From: the human T2T-CHM13v2.0 reference genome, Homo sapiens
Assembly (NCBI RefSeq): GCF_009914755.1
Contig: NC_060932.1
Length of the DNA: 64,000 nt
Reading direction: 5' to 3' (one strand)
Below, piece by piece: positions 47,501-62,672 of the stretch. The notes under the pieces were generated by a model. The model made no database searches and was not told the DNA's origin. It worked only from the letters and a program-made list of their open reading frames with translations. Positions within the stretch are counted from its first letter, which is position 1; each line of letters starts with the position of its first letter. A program made the translations under genes and the position numbers.

Positions 47501-50497
47501 GATAAATTGGGAGTGCTCCAGGATTCCACCCAGTGGGAGCATTCAGGCACTTCCTTTATTTCCCTCCTTGTAGATAGGAGAAACTGAGGCCCAGGAGCAG
47601 GGGACTTGCTCAGAGCCAACCTAGTTGGTGGTGGGACTGGAGCTCCCACTCTGGCCAGATCTGCAGCCCTCCACCTTGCTCCCATGTCCTGCCTCTTCTC
47701 CCCAGCCTTCCAGTCCCTCGACGCCTCTTTCCCTCCTTCCACCCTGACTGTGCTCCTCACCTGTGGGACATGAAGGTCAGCCATGCCAAGAGTTAGTCTT
47801 GAATCAGAACTAAGATGGCAAGTCCCGAGGCACTGGCCACCTGAGTGAACTCACTGTCATTAAGCAGGCAAGACATCCTCTAGCTACCTCCTGTTTGAAT
47901 CCTATGCATCTTTCAATCCAGCTCCCATGGCACCTCCAACCAGGCTGCCCTTCCAAGGCACCCCATAAGAGACATCATCTTAATAAGCCCTCCCACCCAT
48001 GACACTGTATAGTCCCCCTGTGGGCGTTTTTACTTACTTTTAAATACTTGTGTGTACATCATAGCTCCTCTACATGATTTCAAGCTCATTGAAAGCAGTA
48101 GCCAAATAGCCTCCATTTTCCGATGTCTACCACTAGCCTCTGCTTCAACACCTGATACAGTATTCTAAGTGTTGGATACATATTTCCGGAATAAATGTTA
48201 TCTTCATTCAGAATAAACAGTAAGGTATATAAGCATCCATACATTCCAGGGTCAGACTGGGTGGAATCTTAGCTCTGGCCTCTGTGCACTGTGGGACCTT
48301 AGTCAAGTTATTTAACACTTTACTGCCTCCATTTCCTCATTTGTAAAACAGGGATAATCATAGTGCTTGGCTAACTGGGTGGCTCTGGATTAAATGGGTG
48401 ATGCATGTAAATGACGTGTTTAATAGAGGCCAGCATAAAGTTGACTCCATAAGTGAAGTTGTAACATTTTTGCAATTCTACATACAAGTTTGTATGTGAT
48501 TTTTTGAAAATATATTATACCACCTTGCATTTCAAGTTTGGCTTTAGCTAGCTGCCAAGCCCTTCCCATCCTTGCATTTTCTGCAACTGCCTCACATAGG
48601 CACTGGCCGGGTCAGAGTGTGCCCCTAGCTACACTCTTTCTTGGAGCAAGGGGGCAGGGAAGGGAGAGATGGACTTCCAAATCCCTGTCTTAACTGCGCG
48701 CCAGTTTGGGGCTCGTGGCCACATTAAGTGCTCTTACTCAATTCATGTGACTTGACAAATTTGGAATGTGTTAGGGAGAGAGAGTTTTTCCAGCTATGAG
48801 TCAGTACATTTATGCGCTCACACACACATTTTTTTCTTTAAAAAAAGAAGTTTAGCGAGAATCATTTATGAGTATAAAGTGGAAACCTCTGGAAATTTTA
48901 TTTAGACCCAGAAGGCAAGTAATATTTAAAACATTTAATAAAGGGTTTGAAACAAGATAGAATTGGGAGAAAACACAGCTAGCTGCCTTCTCCTTCTGTA
49001 TTCCCAGCTACCATGTTGTACACAGGAAGATCCAAATTACATGAGTTTAATCTCATACCTCTTGAATACTCAGATTTTTGCTAAACAAGGTCAGGAAATA
49101 AGAGATGTGTAAAAGCAGGGAAGCTGAACTGGCATCTATTAAGCACCTAGATGTACCCCATGAGCAGGGAACATATCCCAAGTTCAAGAGGCTATATGGG
49201 GGGAAATGAAACAGTTTGATTCAGACAGGCTTGGGTTCAAATCACAGCACGTCACTTTTATAATATTATTTAGTCTCCATCATATTCCATTTTATGGATG
49301 ACAAAACTGAGGGTCAGAGAAGATCAAGTATTTTGTTTCTGGACTCAAAGCTCTTGTGTGGTAGAAATTGCATTCTAAACTGAGTCTGTCAGTCTCTAAC
49401 CAAGAATATGCTATCTCCCTATGCTAAAGAAAGTGGTTTCAAATTATTGTTCCTCGGAGTGGAGTTTCCATACCAAGGAGGGAGGCAGACACACCCGTTG
49501 TCAAAGATGATGTCTGCAGATCCTAACCAGGCACAGCTTTCTGGGAGACCGGTGTCCTCAGCCACTTTCTGACACTTGCCTTTTAGGGATTATGGAGAAC
49601 CCAGTTCCCCCAGGTTGATCTCCTTACTGTTGTTTATTTTAAAGAAGGAAACCACCACCCACCCAAAGGGCTTCTGTTTTCCAGTTCACTCATATCTCTT
49701 CTGTGAGGGCTCACTTTCATAGACTCCCAATCTTAAGGGAGCTGTGTATTTCTCTCAGAAACAGGAGCCGTAATCAAAGGTGTATTCATCTCTCTCACAT
49801 CTGCCAGCAGCCGTGTTGGAGCCAGAGTTCCCTGAGGCCTGGCAGGAGGAGCACAGGCCAGGTACCTGGGAGAATGTTTCCCTCAACGAATCAGATCGCC
49901 CTATGGTGGCCCTTCTAAAGATCGCAGGGTGCCTGGTGGTGCTTCTCAGATTGCTGGGGGATCTGAAAGGGGCCCGGAGGTGAAAAGGACACATCTTTCC
50001 ATCTTATAAATACTTTTGAGGGCCACCATGTTCCAGGAACCGCAGACACAGAATCCAACTCTTCAGTGGCTTCCCAACACACACAGGTAAAGGCAGAACT
50101 TCTTGAAAGGACTCCAAACCCTGGGAAGATCTGGCTCTGCTCTTTCTCTGGCCTTCTCGGCTCCAGCCACCCTGACAGCTGCCAGTCTCTGGGGTCCACC
50201 GTGCCCCTCCCGCCACAGCCCACACATGCCCTTCGCCGCTCATTCTGCTTTTCTTCCTCTCCCTGCCTGGTGTGCGCTGCCTGTCCTCCAGGTCTCGCTG
50301 CAATCTGCTTTATCCTCCTATGCCTCTCTGTGCAATCTTGCCACATTGCACAGTGCTTGAGTTAGCGCAATAATGTCATTGAAGTCTTTAACTCTAGCCT
50401 GACTCTAAGGCCAGGGTTCACCTAATCTCCCCATAGCCTGGCCCCTAGTCAAAGCCCCATAAAGAGTTGTTGAAAGAATGAAGAGACATCAGTGAGC

Positions 50498-50569
50498 AAA
50501 ATAGATGCTGCCCTTGGCAAGTGACACTGTCACAAACAGAAAAAAAAAAAAAAAATAGATGCTGCCCTT
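50498..50569 (+). mobile_element. Minimal retroposed insertion: 24 nt plus poly(A) between 18-bp direct repeats
   Basis: aaaatagatgctgccctt [ggcaagtgacactgtcacaaacag + A-run] aaaatagatgctgccctt. Confidence 0.75.
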
Positions 50570-51786
50570 CCCAATGCCAGACACATACATCTTCCTAGAG
50601 TGTCAGTTGTCAAATTGTACTTGACAACTTTGAGGGAGAAATATTTTGAAACAAATATGGGTCAATTCTAGAGTTGAATTCAGTATTCTCGTAAATGTCC
50701 AAGATATCAAGCTGCATCTACACACCCCAGGGCAGCTGGGAACACAGGCTCTTCTGTACTCTTGGGGAATCTCAGTTGAAGTTAGGTTGTGGCTGGAGGG
50801 AGAGATGGCCCAGTTTTCCACAACTCCAGTTACATAGCCAACATTGAAGAGTCATTGTGGGGAAGAAACGGAATGATGATTCAGTCAGGCCTGAGTTCAA
50901 ACCTCCATGTTGAACTTTCTACTCTTATGACTCTGGGCAACTTTTTTAATCTCGCAGGTTCAGGTTTACCATCTGTAGAATGGGTATGTGAATGCCTGCA
51001 CTTCACAGTTGCTGTAAAAAAGGGAGATAAGGCTTAAGACCCACCCCAGGGCCTCCTGGAACAGAGCCATGTGCTCCGGAAGTGGTGGCTGTTATGTGAG
51101 CAATTTTGCAGATGAGCAAATGACATATGCGTTTTATTCCATATGACCAGCATTTTCTGCCCTTCTGAGTGAAAGGCTACTGTTAGGGACCAAGGTGAAA
51201 TATTGCCTGGAACAAAGACAGGTCACTGAAGACTGCACTTCTGGCTTGTGGAGTGAGGGCCGAGCTCGGGCCCCACGGAAGCCGCTTGTAGCTTTCCACC
51301 TTTTTTGAGCTTGACCTTGCTCTTATTTCTGGTCTGGGCTGGCTCCAGCCAGGGTTGGCTTCTCTGTCTCTCTCGTGTGCTCCCTGGCTGCACTCACGCC
51401 TCTCCTTCAGTTTGATGCTATCACCTTAGGACATCATGGCCTTTTTACTAGACCTGGAGCTTCTTACTCGTCTGCTAAATGTTTGCTGAATAAGAAGTGG
51501 AATGGGATAAACTTCGTAAGAGGGAGTGACCCTCGGGGAGGGCATTTCTCTTCTACAGGCCTTTAAAGTTGCTTCCCTGGTTCGCCCCCTTCTGGTGCCT
51601 GGCACAGGCTTAAACTAGGCCAAAAGGGAATATGCGGGGACTCATGGGGAAAATGCCACTGGCTTATTTTTCCTTATTGTGATTTTCTCCATATGACCAG
51701 TAATTTCTGGCAAAAGGAGTCCTGAGCCAGTAAGGTTGGAAATGTGTGTGCCTGTGGAGCTCAGAGGGCACTAAAAAGCCCTGTGA

Positions 51787-52128
<342 letters not shown>

Positions 52129-53151
52129 TAACTCCTAATGAGAGCCACTGCCTTCCACGTGCAGGAACAGAAGGCTCCACTCGGCATGCACTGTGGCCTT
52201 GGATTCCCCTCCACAACCCAAGGAGGCAGCTCTGGTTAGAGCCCTGCCCAGCTGAGGAGGAAACCAAGGTCCCGGAAGAGAAGTGATTGGCATAAGGACA
52301 CAGAACACGTGTGAGAGAGAAACGGGACCAGACTTGGCCCTGCAAGACTAGCGCTCCTTCCAGCATGCTGCTTAGTATCTCCTGGGGTCTAGCGGGGTGA
52401 TGGTGCAGTACTGGGTTCAAGGATAAATGGAGAAAACAGAACTGATTAAGTGAGAGTCCCAGCTCTGAGAATAATTCACTGTGCAGCCCCAGCCAAGTCA
52501 CTCTGCCCTTGTGTACTCCAGTTGCTGCCTAGTCAGTTGAGGATAATAATGGGTATTGTCAATAACAAGAACAGCTAACACCTGCTCACACTCTTCTAAG
52601 CACTTTATATGTATCACCTCCCTCAATCCTGGAGGGGAAGGCGGCATTAATTAGGGTAAGAGTGAGGCAGATCATTTGAGAGAGGGACTAGCGTGGCTAT
52701 GTGGCTGTGGAGCATGATGGGTTCAAGAAAGGAGAAGAAGGCAGTGAGCCAGGAACAGTGGGGGGATTGAAGGAGGGGAGGGGAGTGGGGAGAGATGAGC
52801 AGGCACCAGCCTCACAGAGCTACAGAGGCCATGGGGTGGGGAGCGTGGTCTTTGCCCTGACACAGGTGAGGAGCCTGTTAGCTGTCCCTGTCTTGCACCC
52901 CTTCTTTATACATTGTACCTTCTCCCACTCAGTCTATTATTTGTCTTTCCCCTTTTTTATGCCATGAGTTTCTTAATGGTAGGGACTGGGTTTTATTTAT
53001 TTATGTCTATCTGGTGCATAGCACAGAATCAGATATATATGGGTACCCAATGAATTATTGTTAGATATTTAATATGCTCAACATTTAATATTAACATGTT
53101 CAATGTCTAATAACTATATGTATATTTAAGTTCTATATTGACATTAGTACC

Positions 53152-53524
53152 TGTATCAGTCCATTTTCACACTGCTATAAAGAACTGCCTAAGACTGGGT
53201 CATTTATAAAGGAAAGAGGTTTAATTGACTCACAGTTCAGCATGGCTGGGGAGGCCTCAGGAAATTTACAATCATGGTGGAAGGGGAAGCAAGGCACCTT
53301 CTTCACAAGGCAGCAGGAAGGAGACGCAGTGAGCGAAGGGGGAAGAGCTCCTTATAAAACCATCAGATCTCGTGAGAACTCACTCACTATCATGAGAACA
53401 GCATGGGGAAAACCACGCTCATGATTCAATTACCTCCACCTGGTCTCTCCCTTGACACATGGGGATTGTGGAGATTACAATTCAAGATGAGATTTGGGTG
53501 GGGACAGAAAGCCTAACCATATCA
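53152..53524 (-). mobile_element. THE1D-like MaLR solo LTR
   Basis: tgtatcagtccattttcacactgctataaagaactgcc...cctaaccatatca; perfect TSD gtacc. Confidence 0.92.
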
Positions 53525-53931
53525 GTACCTAGAATGTAACTTGCATTATGCAAGCATTTCTGCTATTAAATGATATATGCATTTCTGTAAATCCTTGCAT
53601 TCTGAAAAATTCAAAAATCACAGAGATTTGGGAGACAATAAGATTGCAGCACACAATTCACAATTCATGCAACTCTTTAACAAACCACAATCCTAGTGAT
53701 GATTATAGCACAGTTAAAATGGCATGCTAAATTTTGAATTAAAAATACATTAGTAACTTTAGGACCTGAGTAACCATAGGGCTATATTTTACAAACCAAA
53801 AGGGGAACTTGAAGGCAAGTGGCTAGAGAAAGTTTGAGGCAGCCGAGTTATGGAGGCAGGAGCGGACAGATCTTCATCAGAAGTTACAGGTACAAGAGCA
53901 GTTGCAGGCTTTGCTGAAATATATCAGAGAG

Positions 53932-54237
<306 letters not shown>

Positions 54238-55929
54238 CTATCAGAGAGGAGTGGTCTAACATGGCCTTTGCACGAATATCAGGGAGAAGTGAGCAACAAA
54301 CTCTTCTAAGACAGCACATGGCCACACTGAGCCAAGAGGAAGAACGTGGAGTGAGCGGGTGTCATGGACAGCATGGAGTCATCTGTGGCTTACTACACTC
54401 AGCTGTGTCAGGGATCTTTGCATCCAGCTGCTTTTACTTGGTGAAGCAAAACATTAATGTGCTGGGAACATTTGCCTAAGAGCCAATACTACTTCCACAT
54501 TTTATGGACATCATTCCACTGTATATCTTAACTTAGCTGAACTGTCTTATGGAAGCAAGTGCAGTAGAACGAATGATGTCTGATATAACATAATGACTCA
54601 CTGATAAGTCAAGAATGCCAGTTGTCTAGTTTACATTGAGAAAAGTACTGGTCATGCACCCTGCATGGGTTGTGGACTGTTTTCCTCTTGGTCTGTGAGT
54701 CTATTTAGTAAATTCACCTTACAAGCAGAGTGTGGAGCAAGAGCATATGGAGTTGGGAGATGCTAATTTAGAGTATCGTAAATCTATGCTGTGATGTCCC
54801 CCTCCTCATCAGGAGCAGCTAGACTATACTGGTTGTACCTCTGGGCTTGGAGTCAGAGGATAGTCACCCCAGCCTGTGTGATAACTGTGTGACCTCAGGA
54901 AAGTCAATTAACCTCTCTGTTTTCCCAACTGCAAAATAGAGCTAGTGACATGCCCCTTAAAAAGTAAGGAGCTGATTAGCTGGTGGATAAAAAGCTCTTT
55001 CTAAGCTATGAAGGACTTTGGAGAGTATTGTTCTTCTCGCAGGTCAGTGCCTGGAATGCTCAGGTTAGCTTGTCTCCTGGGGCGCCTCCTCCCGCCGGAT
55101 GGTTAGTTCTAAAGGGCAGTGGACAAAAGCGCTCAACTTACTGGAATCAAAATAAATTAATCACTGGGATTAACTGCAGAAGCTCGAATTCCCCTTCAGG
55201 AAGGAGGCCCAGAACCTTCAACTGGGGAATTTTGCTGGCCTTTGACAAAACTGAGGAGGAGGGAAGCCTGTGGCCAGTATTCAGTGCCTCCCTCCCTGAG
55301 TGCTCTGCCCGATACCCGAGGCCACCACTCACCTCCAGGACTCCAGTCACCCACCACCCGTGGCTAGGACCCCTCCCTCAGCCACTCCCACAAAGCCAGG
55401 TCTGACTGCACCTTCCCCCAGATAGTGCAGTGGAAGGCAACACAGGCTTTGGAACCACGTGAACGTGGCTTTGGATCAGCCCGACCACTCACCAGGTCCA
55501 CAGCCATGGTGGCAAGTTGTCATTTTTGGAGCCGGTTTCCCCACGTGGAGAATGGGCTGCAACTTCCTTCCTTCCGTGATTAAGAGAATGATACACCAGC
55601 GCTTTGCAAACTTTTAACCTGCCCAGGAATCACCTGAAGGTCTTGTTAAAATACAGGCTGCTCCCATACCGTAGGGCTTGGTGGGGCCTGGGACTCTGTG
55701 TGTGCAGCAAGCTCCCAGCCGGTACGATTGCACCCTTGAATAGTAATACCCCAGGTCAGGTGTGCGAGGGGCCTGGCGCGTGGTAAGTACTCAGTCAACA
55801 GATCTGCCACCTGAAAGTTTTCTTTCCCCCAGCCAAAAGGTTCTCCTTTGAAAACAGGAATGGATGAAAAGAGAAAGCTCTGCCCACCTCAGAATTCTCA
55901 GGGAAACAAGAAAAAACAAGTTTGGCTTT

Positions 55930-56400
55930 CAAGGCGGGCTGGGCGTGGGGAGTGAGAACGGTGTGCCCTCCGCGGCAGCTCCCTGGCTCGGTGGCTGCTC
56001 CGTGCACATGTGCGCCGCAGGTGGCCTCTGCCCTGCGTGGTTAAACCTCTAGGGCTCAGGCCCCAACTTGCCGTGCTGTGAACACATCCTCAGAACCGGG
56101 CACATGCCTTTTTCTTGCGGCTACAGCTCTCCCGAGGAATTTTCAAAGCACACGGGGTTCGCTTGGCAGGAGTCTCCCAGGATATAAATACGCTTTGGGG
56201 GCTTTTGTTTTAAGGACTGCAGTATCTTTTCGACTTGAGGCCTGAGCACAGAGCTTTCCCCCTTCGCCCTCACCAAAATGCAACCATGAAGGGCCGCTGC
56301 CAGGAAGACTCAAGGGGACTCTGACTGAGGTTAAAGAGAGGCCTCCCGCACCCCTACATCCGCCGATTTTGCCTTTCATTTCGCTCTTCTAGAAAGCCTG
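55930..56400 (+). promoter_or_regulatory. CpG-enriched unique segment upstream of the exon; candidate alternative promoter/enhancer
   Basis: Locally raised CpG/GC, GC-box-like ggcgggctgggcgtgggg, gatataaata at 56181-56190. Confidence 0.4.
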
Positions 56401-56653
56401 CTTTTCCACAAGCTGCTGACTCATCCAGGGCTAGGGTCTTTTTTTTTTTTTTTTCTTTTTTTCTTTCTCAGAATCGCCACAAAGCCCAGAGATTTTGAGG
56501 TTGGTTTAATGAGCGGTTCAGTCCTCACCATTTCCTTCTCATTCATCTTCCCCACCTCCATCCCAGTCCCCCATTGACTCCATCCTGCTAGAAAAGAGAT
56601 GGACACCCAATTGCTCTGCCCTGCTTTTGATACTGAGTTTCTGTCCCCTGTAG

Positions 56654-56716
56654 GTCTGGATGTACCGACTGCTTTTGGAATAAAAAGATTCCCAGGATGT
56701 GAGCAACACGGGACCG
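56654..56716 (+). other. ZHX2: 63-nt non-coding (5'-UTR) exon, probably ZHX2 exon 2
   Basis: Acceptor tttctgtcccctgtag and consensus donor CG|gtgagt; GTCTGGATGTACCGACTGCTTTTGGAATAAAAAGATTCCCAGGATGTGAGCAACACGGGACCG recalled from the ZHX2 mRNA 5' UTR (memory, not a search). Confidence 0.75.
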
Positions 56717-58290
56717 GTGAGTACCGTCGCGTTTGGCAGTGTGGGGCCTAGGCTGGATTTCAACAAGGGAAAGGAGAGGGATGGGAGGGGCAGGGGCAGC
56801 TGAGCTCTGGCAGCTCTGAAACTGTATTTCCATGCACGTGTGCCTGGAAACAGCACAGGGCCCAGAATCTAGGTGTGAGTCCCTTGGAATCCACTGGGTT
56901 CCTGCCAATCCCTCCCCAGGAGCACTGGAGCCTGCAGGTAGCTGGACTGTCCTCCCTCTGCTCTGATGATAGCAGCCCAGACTCACCATCCAGAGGGCAT
57001 GTGCTCAGAAGTGTTTCCAGTAAACCTCTAGCCAGGGCTAGGGAGATATTCTTAGAACAGAGAGGGAGCTATCTGGCTCACACCATTTAGGAAACCATGG
57101 CCCCGAGGAGACAGTGCTAAAGTGAGGCAGGAAAGCCACCTTTGCACATTTGAAAAACTGTCATGAGCAGGGCAGAGGTGGGCAGCTGTTGACTCCACCT
57201 AAGGAAACATTCCTAACAGAAGAGCTATGCAAGAGTGCAATAGGAAACTTGGGAAGTAGAGTGAGTTCCCTGTTGCTGGCAGAATTCAAGCAGAGGTTGG
57301 AGAAATGTCTGTGGGACACGTCGAAGGGGAGAGTGCAATGTTTTACAGACCCTGTTCCCTGGTGATCTAGAATGCTGTGAGGGACAGGCAGTGGGAGGAG
57401 GGAGGTAGTGTAGGGAAAGTCTGAATGAAGGAAGCTTTTGAACTCGTGCCTGCAAATGCTCAGCATTGCCTCCGTTTTAGGTGCAGGTTCTCCTGTAAAA
57501 CTGTTTGGAAGCCACCAGATGAAATGACCCTCATGTCTCTCCTACGTTGTTGCCCATTGGCTGGCTGTACCTGAGCTAATGCCAGACAATGCACATATCA
57601 TAGACATGAGCCCAAACACCTGCTGTATGTGGTCCAGGGGGCAACTCTCAAAGCATGATGAGAGTTTTGCTCAGAGGCTCTGGGGAGCCTATCTCATGCC
57701 AGAACCACCAAAAGAGTTACTGGCTAGTCATGTCATCAAGGGACTCGGCCCAAGATCCAGACCACATAGACAAGAGGAAAAGGCATGGGGGAACAGGTGG
57801 CAAGACTCACCCACCCCCCCACTCCCCAGGGCCCCAGAGAAGGCAAAAGCGGGTGTGGTCCAGGCAGGTGGCTTGGCTTCAGCTTCACCTGGAATCGTGG
57901 GCTCTTGGGCAGGGGCAGTATCACATACTCCAGTGGCCAAAACCTGGCCCACTGAGCGTGAGAAAAATTGCACTCCAGACACAAATGGGGAAGTTACGCA
58001 GGAGGGACACCCATTGCGCTTGGGAGGGTCTGAATAATGAGCACACGGGTTCCTTTGTGCTTTGTAACTGGGTCTTCTTCCCCTGGGGTCTGGGTCAGCT
58101 GCAACAGTAAATATTTACCAAGGGCCCCTGAGGGCAGGGCTCTGTGGGAGGCCAGAGACGGTGTTTTTCTTTAAGAAACTGACAGCCTGGATGAGAATCG
58201 AGTTTGACAGTGGTTGTGCACAGGCTGTATATTCAGCTGAGCCCTGTTTGCTGTCAGGGGCTGGGGAAAGGAGGGAGAGGAGAGGACTGA

Positions 58291-58604
<314 letters not shown>

Positions 58605-59834
58605 GACTTGGCAAGTCTTTAAGCAGGACTTGAGCTTTGAGGACAGGTACTGTGTGCTTGCATTCATAGAACCTGGCACGTAGTAGGTGCTCAGTAAATG
58701 ATTGTCAAATATAGTGATGAGGAGGCAGCCCAGGGAGGCAATGTCTGTGGTTCAGAGCATGGTCCCTGGAGTCAGAATGCCGGATTCCCATCCCAGCCCT
58801 TCCACTAGCTGTGGGGCCTCAAGCATCAGTCTCCTCCTAAGATAGAGATAGTGATAGTTCAATTTAATGAGTTAATTCACATGAAGCTGCTGGGATATAG
58901 TAAGTGCTCAATAAATATTAATCCTTATTCTTATTCTGGATGTGAGACATGAACCCAGGTTAAGGCCCAATGATGGGACAGGAAAAAGTAGTGTAGGTTG
59001 GAGGACAGAGCACTGGGCTGGGAGTCAGAAGCCCTGGCATAGCTGCAGGGCAGGGTCAAGGAAGCAATCCCCACCGGTTAGCACATCCTCTAAGCTGGAG
59101 ATGCTGTGGAAGGCTGTCAAGGTGGCACTGTTTTTCCTCCTGGCTCCCTCTGGTCCCTCCTGGTTGAAAGCGGAGGTGGCCCTGCTATTTATTCCTAGCT
59201 GTGGGCCTCCTGGAGAGTGGTGTGACCTCTCAGAACACCCCTTTTTCCCAGTGAATGGGGACACCCTTACTATCCTCCTTCCCTCCGGGAAGTAGTCGTG
59301 AAGACTGAGAAACACCAGCACAAAAGAAATATTCCATTGATACAGATGGAGAATCATTTAGGACCCCAGCTTAGGTAGTGTGGTCTCAAGCCACACAGTT
59401 CCCTGTTCCTTCCCCAGTGAGGTCTGGCTGTCTCCATGGCTGGAAGACAAACAGCGTGTCGCCAGATTCCCATAGTGATGATTCACTTTGCAAAAGGCAC
59501 TCCCCCCCACCCCAGGATTTGGAGCATATTTCAGATAAAAATTGCATTCGCCTGAAACACTTGTCAGGTTTACATTTCTTACGTGAGTGGTAGACCTGGA
59601 GTTACAGAATGAGCTTGCTTAGTGCCCTGCCTTTGGCTCCCTCACCCCATCTCACCCAGACCTTAGTGGATAGCAGGATTGTAATGTAAGCCAAAATTGT
59701 ATATGACACAAACACAGCGCCTGTGCCTAGGGGATCTAAAACTATTCTAGATTCCTTTTCCCATCAACCCCCCTGACATCTGCCAGGTGGCCACAGCCTC
59801 ACTTCCAATTTGGGTGGGAAGACAGATGGCATGA

Positions 59835-60311
<477 letters not shown>

Positions 60312-61542
60312 CCTAGACAAAACAATTTCTAAGTCTACCTTCCTGCATCCTACTTTGTGGTCTTATATCAGCAATCTTGTTTTATATCAGAGGGACAAGG
60401 AGTAGTCAAACCTCATTAATCTGGACCACTTTAGGAGCAACCCAAGTGAGTGAAAAGTCTTCAGCCCAGGGTGTTTCCTGCAGGCAGTTGAGCCTTCTTA
60501 CCATTCAGTCCACAGACTCAGCTCAGCCCAGCTCACCAACTGGTGCTAACGGAGGAGCCACAGGACCTGTGCTTAGCAGGTCTGACCACATGGCTGAATG
60601 CACCTGACCTGTACTTTTAAGCCATTTACTCTCTTTGCATGCTTAGGAATAAATACCACTGAAACTCTAACAGAAGCAGTGTGTTTTTTGAATAGAAAAT
60701 CATTCAATGGGCAGCTTTGCTTCTATTTCAAATTGCCAGGGAATTTGAATTAGAGAAACTTTGTACTAGCTGGGAATAAGCTGTTTTTCCAGAGTTATAT
60801 GCAGAAAATGAGACAAAATAGTTCAGAACTAAGTTTCCCCTGAGTTTCCTGATCTGTAAAATGGGGAAATAATACATCTCACAGGGTTATTTGGGAGAGT
60901 AAATGAGATAAAATGTGGAAGAGACGTAGCGTGCAAACTCGCTCACAAAAGATGGTCAAGAAATGCTATTTCTTTTCCCCCGTACCACCTCCCATCTATC
61001 TTCACACTGAAAGCATAGCTTTTTTCTTGCAATATGTTCAAGAAATGATGTTACAGATAGATTTTTTAAAATAGCATCATACTTTTCAAATGACTCCTGT
61101 TAGTTTTTCAGAGGCTCTTCCTTTTTATTGCTGATGATCCTTCAGTGGGAAATGTCCACTTAATTATTCAGCCTGAGTTCCTCTGCTCTGGTCTTCTGGG
61201 TGGAATAGCTCCAAGGGTCCTGACATGCATGTGGACGAATGTCTTTGTGACACGATTGAGCCTTTTAGCGGGTTTCTCTAGTACAGACTGAGTCATACGG
61301 TGATTCGGCTATTCCACATCTTTCCTTCAACACAGCAAGTGTCCACACCTGAATTCCATTGTCGGGAGATTCAGGACAGGAAGGGTGATCTAATGCCAAA
61401 CTGACACCAACCATGTGTCAGAAGGATGGGCTTTACTTGTTAATAACGGGTAAGAAGTTTGCAATGAAAATCTTCTTTCATCTTTAGTCTCTGAGAATCT
61501 TCAGGAGAAAGATTAAGTTAACACTTAAAAAAAGAAAAATCA

Positions 61543-62045
<503 letters not shown>

Positions 62046-62496
62046 AAATCAAGACTAATGAAATCTATGCGAAGCAGGGAGAGGGACCTGCATGGCTGGA
62101 GGAGCAGCACCCCTGATCACAGAAGCTGAGACTCATTAGGACTCCTGGGTTATTGAGTGAGAGCTGGGGCTCTAAGGCAGACAACAGACAAGTGCACCTT
62201 TATTCTAGCCACCCTGAGCATCAGCCTCCAGTCCTCTCTGGCCTGCAACCTGGTGAGCTGGGCTGCACAACCCTCCTCTTCTCTCTTGTCCTCTCCCCTG
62301 AGGCCTAGAGCAGAACTTCTCCACAGCCTGTGCTCTGCCCTTACCTGAGGAGCTACCTGCCTCCTTCCCAGGAGAAAGGGTGGCCAGTGGTCTTCCAAGG
62401 CTCCATGCGCAGGGCAGAAGGAGGAATATAATCCTATCCCACCCTCCCATTCTCCGTAGTGTGGCTGCCCTGTGGTGTATCCCTCTCCTCATCCTT

Positions 62497-62672
<176 letters not shown>

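Noticed and set aside
49759-49861. Possible 103-nt exon (tttctctcag ... CAG|gtacct)
   Set aside because: Short pyrimidine tract, weak donor, and no recognisable protein or mRNA match
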